Of a stretch of 64,000 bases of DNA, positions 26,100-37,869 are shown piece by piece (within the stretch, counting starts at the first letter, position 1; the number at the start of each line of letters is the position of its first letter). This DNA is from Chrysemys picta bellii (lineage: Eukaryota): positions 65,596,001 through 65,660,000 of the forward strand of contig NC_088794.1 of assembly GCF_011386835.1 (NCBI RefSeq), read 5' to 3'. The notes under the pieces were generated by a model. That model was not told the origin of the DNA, ran no database searches, and worked only from the letters and a program-made list of their open reading frames with translations. The translations under genes were made by a program, and so were the position numbers.

Positions 26100-28400
26100 A
26101 TTTCAAACGCGATGCTCAGTCTGTCCTTCTCCTTTGACCCAACTAACACAGCGCTTCTCCTTTCTTTCTCTTCCAGGCTCCATGGGAGGGGGAATTGCAG
26201 CAGTTTGGCAGAAGAGCTCTGCCCCCTTTGCTTGGGGAGTGAAGTCAGAGGCAGCAGGAGGAGCTGGCTGGCTGTGTGTGTATGTGCAGAGCTCCTTGGC
26301 CGCCCTGTTTCCTGGTGCTCTGCTCCCTGACCCCAGTGGCAGTCCCTTCTCACTGCACGGCTCTGCTCTCTCCCTTCTTTGCTCTCGCTCGCTCTCCCCT
26401 CTGTCTCTCTCGCTTGCTCTCTCTCCCAGATCGAGGCTCTGCTCTCATTCTTTCTCTCTGTCTCTCTCATTTCCACTCTCCAGCCAGCCGGGGGACCCTC
26501 AGGGTCGAAGGTTTTGCCCTGCCTACACCAACCTCCACCTTCCAGCCTTTCTCTTAACCAGCTCTCTCAAATCCCCCATGGATCGGTTCCTCTCCCAGCA
26601 CTGAAGGCATCCCTAGGACACACAGCAGCAGCCAGAAAAAGAAAGGTAATCAACCCCGATTAGAGAGAAGGGGAGAGAAATCAAATGGAAAAATAACAAA
26701 ACACAAAGCCTCGGGTTAGAGGTGCCTTGTCATGTACAAGTAGAAGGGGATCAGACAGGGGCTAGCGCAGCAGCGCCTGAGCCAGGCTGCTTTAAACAAT
26801 AATAAGAATAAAACTGGCTGCTTATTTTCCGTTCACCAGAATGATCATTTAGCTGGATGGTTTGGTTTTCATTTGTTTGGGGGTTATTTTTTGCACAGTG
26901 AAAAGCTAATTATTTTGTTGAGCGGCGTGTCTTGTCTCCCTCCCTCCACCCCATGCAAGCCCCCCCTCTATCCCCCACTGCGTTATTTCTTGTCTAGGGG
27001 GGAGGAAGTGGTGGAAGTGATTTGGCAGCAGAGAGAGAGAGAGAAATGGGATGAATTTTCCTGGCTGTTTACTAGAAAGTCTCGGGTGATCGGGGTTATA
27101 ATGTTAGAGCACGACCGGGGGAGGGTAGGCCAGGGAGCATTTTGCTTGCTGGAGAGACCAAGGAAACGGCAGATCAAGCGGGCGAAATGCAAAGTACAGT
27201 TACATTCAAACTGAAATGTGGCGTTTGCTCCGATTTTTTGTGCATTTGAAGGGGGCTTTTTCTCCTCCCCCCCCCCCCAGCAGGCAACCGGAGGGGCGGA
27301 GGGAAGCGAGACTCCAAGAAAAGTACCGATTGCAAACCGGTTTCTTTTATATTCAGAGCTGGAGTTTCGGTGTCTTATTTATATGCGAGAGAACTACATT
27401 TTAAAACATGCTTTGAAATCCTGATCCCAGAGGCCTAGAGCACTTGGAAACCTTTAGAGAGGAGGGATATTTTTTCGGGGGGGGGGGGGGATTGTGGAAA
27501 TGACACAGCTGCAATAAAAAGCATGTATTCTCTTGTTATTTGACTATGTCGCTCGTCCCCCCCCCCCCAAAAAAAATCAGTTTTAGTGCAAATGTGGGCG
27601 TGGAAAAATAACGTGCATTAATTTCAGAGAGCGGGGAGGAAAAAGGAGGGTGGAAACTTTATGTATTTAAAAAAATCAGAAATGCCCCCATCCCCGAGGA
27701 AATAATAAACACAAGAGCAATTGCAAAATCAGGAGCTTGCAGGGCGGGTTTGTGCTTCCCGGGGGCTCTGTCTGTGTGGTGTGTTTGATCTGGGCTATAA
27801 TGCCAGCTCGCCTAGTGGAAGGGGAAGATCGGATGGGATGAATGACGTTGGGAAAAGCGGGATGTTGTACAAAAGGCAGGATGGTGCGGTGTCAGAGCCA
27901 TTGGCCACTGATTGCGATCAATCGATCCGAGCCTGGGAAAAAAGGGGGTGAGAGGGAGTGAGCCAAGCACCCAGCGCATTCACAACAGCCAGCACAGAGG
28001 GTGCCCAGAGAGTACGAGGCGGCAGCCGGGCATGGACTGACTGATAGAGGAGGTAGCTTGTGCAGACTGGTACCACTTCTGCCTTTTCCGCCTAGTACTG
28101 AGTGCTACAGAGTTAACCATTTTGGCAACTGGATCGTTTATACTGAGGGATCGGCTTGCCACGAGGTTTTATTCCACAGACACATGAAGGGAGAGGAAGT
28201 CGGTGTGTGTGTGTGGGGGGGGACGGGGACGGGAGGTGGTATTTATGAATGTACAGCGTTGCGTTTGTTTCTCTATGCGACTCACGGTGTGTGTGCATAG
28301 TTTTTTGGATAAGCTTTCTGTGGGCATCACTAGTTTGATTTAACTTTTCATGCCTCCCGCTCTCTCTTGAAGTCTGCGAGCGCTTATCTAGAAGTGTGTT
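26100..28400 (+). promoter_or_regulatory. CpG-enriched promoter / first-exon region of MPPED2
   Basis: Local rise in GC and CpG outside recognisable transposons. GC boxes (GGGGCGGAG near 27293, GGGCGTGG near 27597), ATTGG near 27901, and CT/GA and poly-G/poly-C tracts. No recognisable repeats between about 25.1 and 29.4 kb. Confidence 0.6.
26177..26645 (+). other. MPPED2: Probable upstream non-coding exon of MPPED2 (5' boundary uncertain)
   Basis: Donor AAG|GTAATC at 26646, 5.7 kb upstream of the coding exon. An acceptor (branch-like AACTAAC at 26141-26147, pyrimidine tract, CAG at 26176) lies upstream. The interior is CT-rich. Confidence 0.5.
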
Positions 28401-29419
28401 AAGAGTGGGTAATGTGTTGTCTAGAATGAAATTTTAAAACACACGTCTACACTTAGTATATGCGATGTCACTCTGATATATGCACCACTCTTGATGAATA
28501 GATGAAGTTGGAGTTGCATGAAAAGTATAGTACTATACAGCATTGTAGGGATTTCGGGCAAATTATGAAATAATCACTAGCACATCCTGCAATAACCTAT
28601 AAGAGACCAAATAACTATCTTATTTATTGTGGTGGGCTTGTGTTAATATTTTTTTAATATGTTGTTGCTCTATCAACGTTGATGTAACAGATATTGGAAG
28701 CCTACTTGAAAAGAAAACGTTAACAGATAATTTAACCCCTTTTTTTCCCTCTTCAGTCTTGACAGACTTCGACATTTTCTCCCACCAGTCAGAAGAGAAA
28801 AAGCATTGATTGTTCAAACTGAGGACACACAAGTGCTTAAATCTGAGGGGGATTTTTTTTAATATAGTGCTATATAAGTCCAAAGAGCTATTATGTATAA
28901 TGTTTTAATTACAGTTAAAATTAAAATAAAATTGTAAAAGCTGCTCAGTATGAATACTCCTTAGAAAAGTAGGCTGTAGTATAAAATTTTTGTCTGCCTT
29001 TTGTTTTTAAAAGTGCCAGCCTTGTACATTTTATAGATGTAAAACTGAGCAAACAGACCCATGCACTAAGGCATCTCTTTGTAACATTCTAAATCATAAA
29101 TACACACTGAAAGATGGCTATTGTCATTCCCAGAATAACCTCTGGCATATCATTAGTAAAACATGATATAATGAAGTGGATTGCATATCCTTTTTATAGT
29201 TAGATTTCTTGCTTAAAAATTATCAGGTAAGAAGTGGCAAATATTGCATACTAGGTTGCACTTGACAGCTATGAAAAAACATGCAACTATTCTTTTGTGC
29301 TCATCATCTCAGTGAGTGCTTACTGTCAGGGGGGTGAGAAGAACAATAGTGCTGAAAAATGAGCCTTTTTTTCCTTGGGCTTAATACAAATTTGTTTATG
29401 AAAGTTCTGAAATACTCTG

Positions 29420-29543
29420 TTTCAGAGTAGCAGCCGTGTTAGTCTGTATCCGCAAAAAGAACAGGAGTACTTGTGGCACCTTAGAGACTAACACATTTAT
29501 TAGAGCATAAGCTTTCGTGGGCTAGAGCCCACTTCTTCGGATG
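29420..29543. mobile_element. Penelope-like short insertion (124 bp) with a complete minimal hammerhead-like motif on the minus strand
   Basis: TSD AAATACTCTG at 29410-29419 and 29544-29553. Minus strand 29543-29505 reads CAU CCGAAGA A GUGGGC UCUA GCCCAC GAA AGCUU AUGC. Confidence 0.8.
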
Positions 29544-31239
29544 AAATACTCTGCTTCTGTTTGACATTGTCTTCAAAGAACTCCACATTAAAGAAGATAA
29601 TAATCCAACACCTCTGATAGGTGAGCTGTATTGCTATATAAAACATTCAAGAGAAATTAGAAAATGAAATTAAAATCAGCCTCCCCGTCATATATTTGAC
29701 TTTTTTCCACGTCGGATATTTGTTGTTACCTTTCAGTTGAATTCGTTGCTTTGTTTAACTTAGTCTTATTTAATCATAAAGGTATATTTTTAGGATTAAA
29801 TATTATGGGAAGTTTTTACTTTAAATATTACAATGAAACAACTTAAAAGTATTTTCTATGACTATCAAATATCCTCTTAGTACTTCTGTTTTGTTAGTTA
29901 GCGGAAATTTATATTTTTGTAATAGTTTTATGAACACTGTAAAATGATGTTTAATATTATCTTTGTGTGTAATTCACTTTAATGAGCAAATTAATTTTTT
30001 TCTGAGTTACTTGTAATAGGAAATGTAATGTTCTGACTTTTGCTTATACTATTAATAGAAGTACATAGCCTTCCTAAAAGTCTGAGCAAAAATTTGGTTG
30101 TGGTTGCTTTTAATGTTCTCTGTTTTGCACAGTAGATTTTGATTGCAAAAAAATAAGATTGGGCATGTAATTTCCACACTATTCCCTAATTTATGTAAAC
30201 CCTAAAGTTCTTGTATAAAAATGTGTTTTTCCCCCCCCTTCAAGCCTTGATGGCTAACATTCTTTTTAATGACAGTCATTTCTCTAACAGGAAGATGTTT
30301 TCATTTGTAGTTACTTTTGAGTGCAGTGCAATTATGCAGTTTTTACGCTGCACACTCTTAATAGTTTGTATCTCAAAAGAATTACAATACTTAGAACAGG
30401 ACTGCAATTTGAAGCAGGTGTTGTGTTTTACTGTTATGCAAAATAACAGTATAATATAATTGTGAGGGAAATTAAGGAAACAGCTGCAAATTTGGTATGG
30501 AAACTACCACATTATGATTCGTGAGCAGTTATTACATGTATCTTACATCACACTTAACAGGGCAAAGATTTGATTTAGTAAATCTTACCTTGTTGATTTT
30601 TATCCCTCAGACCCTTAGTACTATTCTTATGAGGGCAAATTAGTATAAAGACCAAACAGTGATTTCACTGAAACATACAAAATCACAAGTAGCTCTCTCT
30701 CGTGGTGAGAATTTTAAGGTTTAGTTTAATTTTGTCTGCTTTTTACTGATATTGGAAATGGATGAGAGAATCCTATTCCTGGAATGAAGATTGTGGTATT
30801 TCTTTGCCCAACTAACATATGGAAGCGGAGGTAGGCCTGAGGTTGTAAAATAATAAAATAAATGGCCTATGGCAGGCCATCTGCCATTTGCTGGGCATTT
30901 TTTCAATATTTTATGCCAAACTGGAAACTAGTCTCGTAATCTAAATAAGTTTTATTACAAAGAAAAGATTTCAAAATTTTAATGTTGCATGTGGTAAACA
31001 TACTTCTGTTTGGGAGCTAAGAGTAGTCCAAGAGTATCACTGTAGGGAAAATATTGCATAGTTTGATGCCTGAGGTTCAGATCAGTCTCCTCCCTTCTAT
31101 TTCGTATGTTCTCATCTCAGCACATAGAGATTTACTCTTGTAACTTACACATAAATACAAGAACCTGCACCTTGCATCTAGTAATTTAAGGCCAGATCCT
31201 CCAGCTGAGGATCTGGCCCATAAATAGTACTATACAGAG

Positions 31240-31425
31240 ATTGAAAGCGCTTTACAGACATTAACTGATCAATTTTCACAATACCCTTGTAAAGTAGGGT
31301 CGTCTTGATACCCTCATTTTACAGATGGGAGGGCGGGGGAGAAATGATTTTATGAAGCAGTCAGAACTAAGATTAGAAGTTGGGAGTTCCTGGCTCTTAG
31401 GCCTGTGCTCACACTGCTAGACCAC
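31240..31425 (-). mobile_element. MIR fragment
   Basis: AAGCGCTTTACAGAC...CCCTCATTTTACAGATGGG...TTCCTGGCTC. Confidence 0.65.
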
Positions 31426-31470
31426 CGGGCTGGGCTTCTCCACTATAAATACTAATATTCTTTATGATGG

Positions 31471-31473
<3 letters not shown>

Positions 31474-31508
<35 letters not shown>

Positions 31509-31535
31509 ACGTATGTGTGTGTGTACGTATGTGTA
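31474..31535. repeat. (TG)n microsatellite with TAC/TAT interruptions
   Basis: Seen directly in the sequence. Confidence 0.95.
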
Positions 31536-32376
31536 CTAGAATTTGATGCTGTCTGGTGCACCAGAAAAGGTGTTGGTACTTTAGTGACTGGCACATTGTG
31601 AGTGACTTAGGCATGAGTGTGTATAAGCAGAGAAGCATGTTTTTCTTATATCTTGTATATGTATGTAGAATTCTAATTATATATGTGCACTGAGAGAATG
31701 CTGGTAATAGTAGCAAATAAATCACAACTATTTGATTACATAAAGTGTGTAGAAAGCTTAGTTTTGTTGCAGGTAGAATGAGTATATCGGTAATGCTGCT
31801 CAAATGCCAGTTTTCCTTCTGACCGATATAACTACTTTGAACCAAAGTGGTTTACCTTTTGTTACAGCTTTGTAAGATTGGCTGTCTTATATTCAGCTGG
31901 CAAAAGATCTGACGAAGTGTAACCAACTTTGTAAAGCTAACTGTGCTTCCAAGAGGGTGCAGGCATTTGACAAGAGCCATTTGACCTTCGTGAAGTTAGG
32001 CCCAGTTATTAACTTTCACAGCTGTAATTAGCACTAGATGTTTATTTAAAATTAAGAGGAATAGTAAATATAGGGCATTTAGCTGGGGCTTTCCACACAG
32101 ATTATTTTGTAGTGTAAACAAAGTCTTATTTTAAGCAATCCATACTACAACGGTTCTTAAAACAGTGCAAAGTGAGGAAGCCTTAGAAAAAGATGCAGAT
32201 ATAATTAACCTTTAGTGGCTAGATACTAAAATAAATGGGTACATTAGAAATATATAGATAGAAATTTCCAAAGGATATCAGCATAGGGCTAGATTGAAAT
32301 ACAGCCATAATTTGATCTTTTTGGCATCTCGGGACTTTAAACACTGTCTCTTGTGTTATTTTTCTTCCTTTTGTAG

Positions 32377-32492
32377 AAGTCTGTAGTGTTGATGAGGAGA
32401 TCCTTGGGTTCAGAAGTTGGCTGGAACACAATGCCCTCCGCCGTTCTTGACTCTGGAAAGTTGTAAATTGCTCATGTCTATAAGGAGGAAGG
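32377..32492 (+). other. MPPED2: 5' UTR part of the MPPED2 first coding exon
   Basis: Polypyrimidine tract and acceptor ttattttttcttccttttgtAG ending at 32376. An alternative AAG acceptor lies 3 nt downstream (TAG-AAG, NAGNAG). Confidence 0.8.
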
Positions 32493-32620
32493 ATGGCTCA
32501 TGGAATTCCTTCACAAGGCAAAGTTACCGTAACAGTGGATGAGTACAGCTCAAATCCAACTCAGGCATTTACACACTACAACATCAACCAGAGCAGGTTC
32601 CAGCCTCCACATGTACATAT
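32493..32620 (+). CDS. MPPED2: First coding exon (coding part) of metallophosphoesterase domain-containing protein 2
   Basis: ATG at 32493 translates to MAHGIPSQGKVTVTVDEYSSNPTQAFTHYNINQSRFQPPHVH, then AT|gtaagt. This matches the vertebrate MPPED2 N-terminus as I recall it (MAHGIPSQGKVTITVDEYSSNPTQAFTHYNINQSRFQPPHVHM). There is a canonical GTAAGT donor at 32621 (phase 2). It is too short to appear in the ORF track. Confidence 0.95.
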
Positions 32621-32828
32621 GTAAGTATTATTAACCTTGATTTTTGAACCTAATTTAAAATGAGATCTGTCAATAGGACAGTTGGTTGAAAGCTAGAACA
32701 AGGGATTTGTCAAATAAACCACTTGACGAAAACTGCCAATATTTGTTACGTAATATATTTTACAAATAGTGTTCCATCACCTCTAGATGCTACTGACTTT
32801 GCCTTCCCAAGAGCATGGCACAGACTTA

Positions 32829-33108
32829 GGCCTGCTCTACACTAGAAAATTAAGTTGGGTTAACAACTTTGCTCAGGCATGTGAAAAATCTGCACCCCTG
32901 AGTGGCATAGTTAAGGTGACTTAACACCCAGTATAGACAGCGCTAGGTCAACAGAAGAATTCTTTTGTCAGTTTAGCTACTGCCTCTTGGGGAGGTGAAT
33001 TACGTACACCAACAGGAGAATCCCTGCTGTCGGCGTAAGTAGCATCTACATTGAAGCACTGCAGCAGCGAAGCTGTGCCACTGTAGCATTTTTACTGTAG
33101 ACGTAATC
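32829..33108. mobile_element. PIF/Harbinger-type MITE
   Basis: TTA|GGCCTGCTCTACACTAG ... CTGTAGACGTAATC|TT. Confidence 0.65.
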
Positions 33109-33270
33109 TTGGTGAAACTCATCAGAATGTAGTACTGTGTATGAGGTGCCAGGGTCTGAAGTTCACTTGTAACTTTAGTGATCTCACTGCAACTTGCTGG
33201 AGGAACCTATTTCTTTAAAATTTTAGCACCCTTCCCCCACCCTTTACACTGAGCTGCAAAATAGGCCTAA

Positions 33271-33392
33271 TTGGGACTAATTGTCCTCTGATCACTGAAT
33301 CCTTTGTCCTCCTTGTTGTGAGTGGAACGTGTGCCGCATGCTGTATTCCACTCACAACAAGGATTCAGAGATTGTGGAACAATTAGTCCCAA
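33271..33392. repeat. Isolated 122-bp imperfect palindrome (hairpin)
   Basis: TTGGGACTAATTGT / ACAATTAGTCCCAA (14 bp), CTGAATCC / GGATTCAG (8 bp), and CCTTGTTGTGAGTGGAA / TTCCACTCACAACAAGG (17 bp). Confidence 0.9.
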
Positions 33393-34554
33393 GAAATACA
33401 AATACCGAGTTAAAATAATGTTCATGGCCTGAACTTAAACCAACAAAAGCATGGGAAATTCAGATCTAAGGCTCCTTACCTCATGGTGTTATCCCTTAGT
33501 ATTATATGATTTGTAAAATCATTCTACAATATAGTATCTAGGCACAATGGGGAGTGCTAAGAACTAAGTGCTAGCTTTAACTCTGAATTTCCTTCCCATT
33601 GTTTGGCTAAGTCAGATCCTTATCAGCTATTTCTATTTAAGTTCTTTTTTTCTTAATAGCCTCAAATGTATGTTAAACTATAAAACAAAAGGGACAGCTC
33701 TTGACCTCAGAGGGGCCCCCTGTGTTAACCAGGATTTTGCACATTGTCACGCTATTGCATTTGATAGGGCCTTTGCATAGTAAAAGTGCTAAAGTAGCAT
33801 GCCACTTCATAGCATTTTTGCTATGCAGAATCCTGTCAAGAGGTTGACAATCCAACAGTTGAGCACCTTCTCCTGGGACTTCATGTAGTAACAATATGCA
33901 TAAAATCATAAACCATTGGTGGAGCTTCTAAAAGGATTAAGTTCAGAAGAGTAGCCACTTCCCAAACTTGGAAATGTTTACCTTAATTACATTTTGTTGT
34001 TGCTGAAAAGATCATATTACTCTGCTTTCGGGGCAAAACTCTCCCCTCTGCTCCACAGTGTGGATCTCTTATCGGCAGTGCAGATCTCCATTGCACATTC
34101 TGCACTCCAGGCTGCCCTGCTGACTCCCATCAATATCAATAGAATTTTTCTGTACAGATGAGTTCAGAATAACCCATCAAGATCTAGACTGTAGATTGGA
34201 GAGAATTTTTGTTCTTGAAGGGCCTCTTCTAACTCCTATTGAATGCAACAGGAAATTATTGTGGATTTCAGAAGGTCCTGAAAATGGCTGAAAGACTAAA
34301 AAAAATTTACTTTTCAAAATGCATCTGTGATTGTTCTAGAAATAGGCAATAATAATAATAATAATGATAATCTCTAATTTTAATATTTTTGTGCATCTCT
34401 AAGCCAGAAGTAGTTTGGCAGATATCTTAGTTTCATTGGATTTGAAAAACTCCCTAGTCTGAATTAAAAAGCTGAGGATATAATTTACAACATAATGAAA
34501 ATGAAAACAGACTCTTAACTACAATGTTGCTGCTTTGATTTCAACATGTAAGCA

Positions 34555-34850
34555 TAAAAGAAGGGTGTGATATGATAAAGGGATGGAGTGATGGGAGAAG
34601 GAAATGATTTTTGCACCAAAATCTTGACTAAACTGGAAGAGAGTGAGTGAGGTGAGTTACAAAGTGCAGAAGGCCAAAGATTGCAGAAGTTGAGGCAAAT
34701 TTTGGCATTAGGAATGGAGAGCAAATGCTGGATTTTAGAGAAGTGATAGAGGAAGAAATGACAGGATGTGGGTGCAGAGGCGAGTGATGAGGTAAATATG
34801 TCACCAGAGTTGTGAGTGTGAATAATCAGGACAGAGGAGTTGTCTCTGGT
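34555..34850 (-). mobile_element. L2 LINE ORF2 C-terminal fragment
   Basis: ORF 34515-34853 (HNSGDIFTSSL...SCHFFLYHFSKIQHLLSIPNAK...YHITP) matches the L2 pattern NLGVIFDSSL...SCxFFLxNIxKIRPFLS...DHVTP. Confidence 0.75.
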
Positions 34851-35718
34851 CATGGAGAAGTGACAGAAAAGTGAGAGCTTCAGAAAAGGATGCTCATTTG
34901 CCTTTCCAGGGTGTTATAATGGAAGCTGTGTGCATACACAGGAGTCGGGGGATCAGCAGGCAAAAAAATCTGGGGAAGAAAATTGGGAAAGACAAAAATA
35001 ATCAAAAAACCTTTCTCTAAAAGCACACCTGCTCTTTTTACCCTTCAGTCTCTGTATTAATGCCACACTGCTGCAGCTGCCAATCTTTTATGCAGCTTTG
35101 TTTTTCTTATTGCACTATCTTGTTAATGCCTCTTTATAAAGAGTTCGAAGAACTTTTTTCTTCCTGTTAATGGAAAGTTACAATGCAGCCTAATAAAAGA
35201 GTGTTGGGAAGTTGATAAACGAACAAAAGAGTATACAAGCATTGAGCATACTAGAGTATACAAGCCCATGCCAAAGGACTGGTATATTGCTTGCTTGTTC
35301 TAAACACCATAGTCTAAGGTAGAACTCAGTTTGAAGGCCAAGCTGTCATGTTAGCACCCAGGTTTTCTTCTCAAGGAATTTTCAAAATTATGTGTGTGCA
35401 ACACATCTCAGTTTCTCCTTTGTGTGCGTGTTCCTCTGGGTGTGAAGGCAAGGGTTGGGGACAAGGCTTAAAGGACTACTGAATACAATTTAATCTTGAT
35501 TGCCTGAGCTGCGTACACATCTCTTGCATTCATAGGGCTTGATTCTGACCTCACACTGGTGTAAATTAAAAATCAGTGGAACCTTATCAGTGTAAAACTG
35601 CAGCATGAGATCAGAAACATGCTTACTGTTTCCTTAGACTTTGTCCACCTCTTCTTCCTCCCCTCCATTTGATGTCTCGGTACAGAGACACCTGGTGTAA
35701 TCAGCACAGAACAGAGAA

Positions 35719-35768
35719 GTACTCCTGTTCCTTTTGCGGATATAGACTAACATGGCTGCTAGTCTGAA
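35719..35768. mobile_element. Penelope-like fragment, reverse orientation
   Basis: GTACTCCTGTTCCTTTTGCGGATATAGACTAACATGGCTGCTAGTCTGAAA is the reverse complement of the family start. Confidence 0.7.
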
Positions 35769-36249
35769 AACAGTTTCTCTTGTGTTCTAGTCCCGGTTCT
35801 GACACTTCCTGTGGCTGTGGATGAGGTGTTCTAAAGCGGTACTGTCAGGTGAAAAGTCATTTATTAAATACCCCAACCAACCAAAACCCACATTTGTCTA
35901 CTCTTGTTACTCATAGCAGCTTTAATTACTAAATTGCAAGAATTGTACAACTCTAATATAATTTTCCCCATTTATGCTTTTTTAATTTTTGCACTGCAAA
36001 AATTAAATAATTTTGAGCAGGTGACACAAGGCCAGTTTCACTTTTTCACGGTCTGATTGTTCTGTATGTGTGCACAGTGATGCAGTGATTGGTTTGCAGA
36101 CACCATGAGACCAAAAATACTTCTTTTCATTCATATTTTAAAGAATTTATTAAAATATTTCGCTTGCATTTTGTAAAATCCATTCATTTTATGGTTTTGG
36201 ACTAAACTACCTGATTGTACCATGCTTAAAGGGAAACTACTAAGGAAAA

Positions 36250-36369
36250 GTTACAAAGTAGCAGCCGTGTTAGTCTGTATCCGCAAAAAGAACAGGAGTA
36301 CTTGTGGCACCTTAGAGACTGAAATAAATTTGTTAGTCTCTAAGATGCCACAAGTACTCCTGTTCTTTT
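36250..36369. mobile_element. Penelope-like insertion, fold-back form
   Basis: Direct plus inverted halves. 12-bp TSD TACTAAGGAAAA at 36238-36249 and 36370-36381. Confidence 0.8.
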
Positions 36370-37869
36370 TACTAAGGAAAAAACACCACAAATTGCATTT
36401 GTATCCCTTTTTGCTTCTTAAGAATGTATAAAGAAGCTGTGAAAGATCGCTTTCCCCTCAGATTTTTCTATTTCCTCATTTTAAAATGTTAAAAGTATCA
36501 AGAATATATTTTTCCCCCTCCTGATTCTGCTGGAGGTCTCATTGGCAGACTCTGAGAAATAGGTTGAAATCTTTCATAGTTCTTAATTGAAACTTTGACA
36601 AAGATAACTTTCCTTTCATTTGCTTACTAGGTATTTGAATTAAATAGGTATCAAAAACCCAGCTGGCCAGCCAAGAAAACAAAACAGAACACTAACCAAA
36701 AAACAAATACAACACAGATAGTTGTAATCAGACTGAATAAAAATCTCTTTCCTTCTCAAACAAGTTTCACTTCTTTGATAATTGTGATTTTATTACCAGT
36801 TCTTCAGTCATCCATAGAATAATTTAGGAAAAACAAGGTACTGAATATTTCTAATGTAATAAAGAAACATGGAAGAAAAAAATCTTTAAAAAATAAAATG
36901 ACCTTCAAGACTTTTAAATACATGCATCATTTATGTAGACTGTAAGCTCTTTGGGGCAGAACTTTTTTTTAACTGAAGGATTATACAACACCCAGCACTT
37001 CTGGGCTCTGATTGTGGCTTGTGGCCTCTGTGTGTTGTTGTAACACAAGCAATAATAATAAAGCAAAATAAAAAATGCCTCCTCTTCCACACCCTCACCC
37101 CACTTTTTCTAGGCCACCTTTAATCTTCTTTCCTCAGTTTTATTCACTAGGGGTGGTCTTTTTGATTAACAAATAATAATTGTCCAACTATATGAAAACT
37201 TTCACAGCAATACTCATTTTTTAAATTTTTCATTGAAATGAATCAAAAATGTTTCGATTTGAAACAAAAAAAATGTTATTTTAAGTGAACTGAAACTTTT
37301 TTAATTTTCTGGGTTCAGACCTCTCTCTCCTCTCCGCTTTTATTTTCATCTTGAAAAGAGAGTAAATGGATGTGAAATTGAAAAGGGGAGGGAAAAACCA
37401 AACTGAAAAATGTTCAATTAGTGCCTAATAAAAATGCATTTTTTTTGTTTAGTTTTGACAAAAAGATCACAAATTTCCAGGAAAACTTTTTTGGGGAAAA
37501 AAGGTCAATTCTTTTCTTTTATTTTTTTTCATGGAAAATACTTACCATTTTTTGACCAGCCCCATTATTTACTCCACAGTAGTGTTGAGAGGATTTGTTA
37601 ATTGAAGGTTCTACTACTGCAAATTAGTCCATGTAGACAGATCCTCATTTACTTTTTTGGGGCTCTACCCAGTTATAAAGGTCCACCCATGCAAAATAGC
37701 TTGCAGGAATGGGATCATTGTTTTTAAGGTGCTTTGAAGATGAATAGTGCTATATAAGCATTAAGGATTAGTATGTTAAATGTATGGTATGGTTTAAGGA
37801 CAGTTCACCACTTGGGAGTAAGGAAGGTGGCGATCTCAGTACAACAGCAATCGATGGAAACTTGCCTAA

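Noticed and set aside
26027-26663. Overlapping 149-190 aa ORFs at the promoter
   Set aside because: They are low-complexity translations of CT/GA tracts and are not supported as proteins (mentioned only as a possible uORF).
32481-32492. Shine-Dalgarno-like TAAGGAGG just upstream of the MPPED2 ATG
   Set aside because: This is a spliced vertebrate nuclear gene; there is no mechanism for SD use, so it is treated as coincidence.
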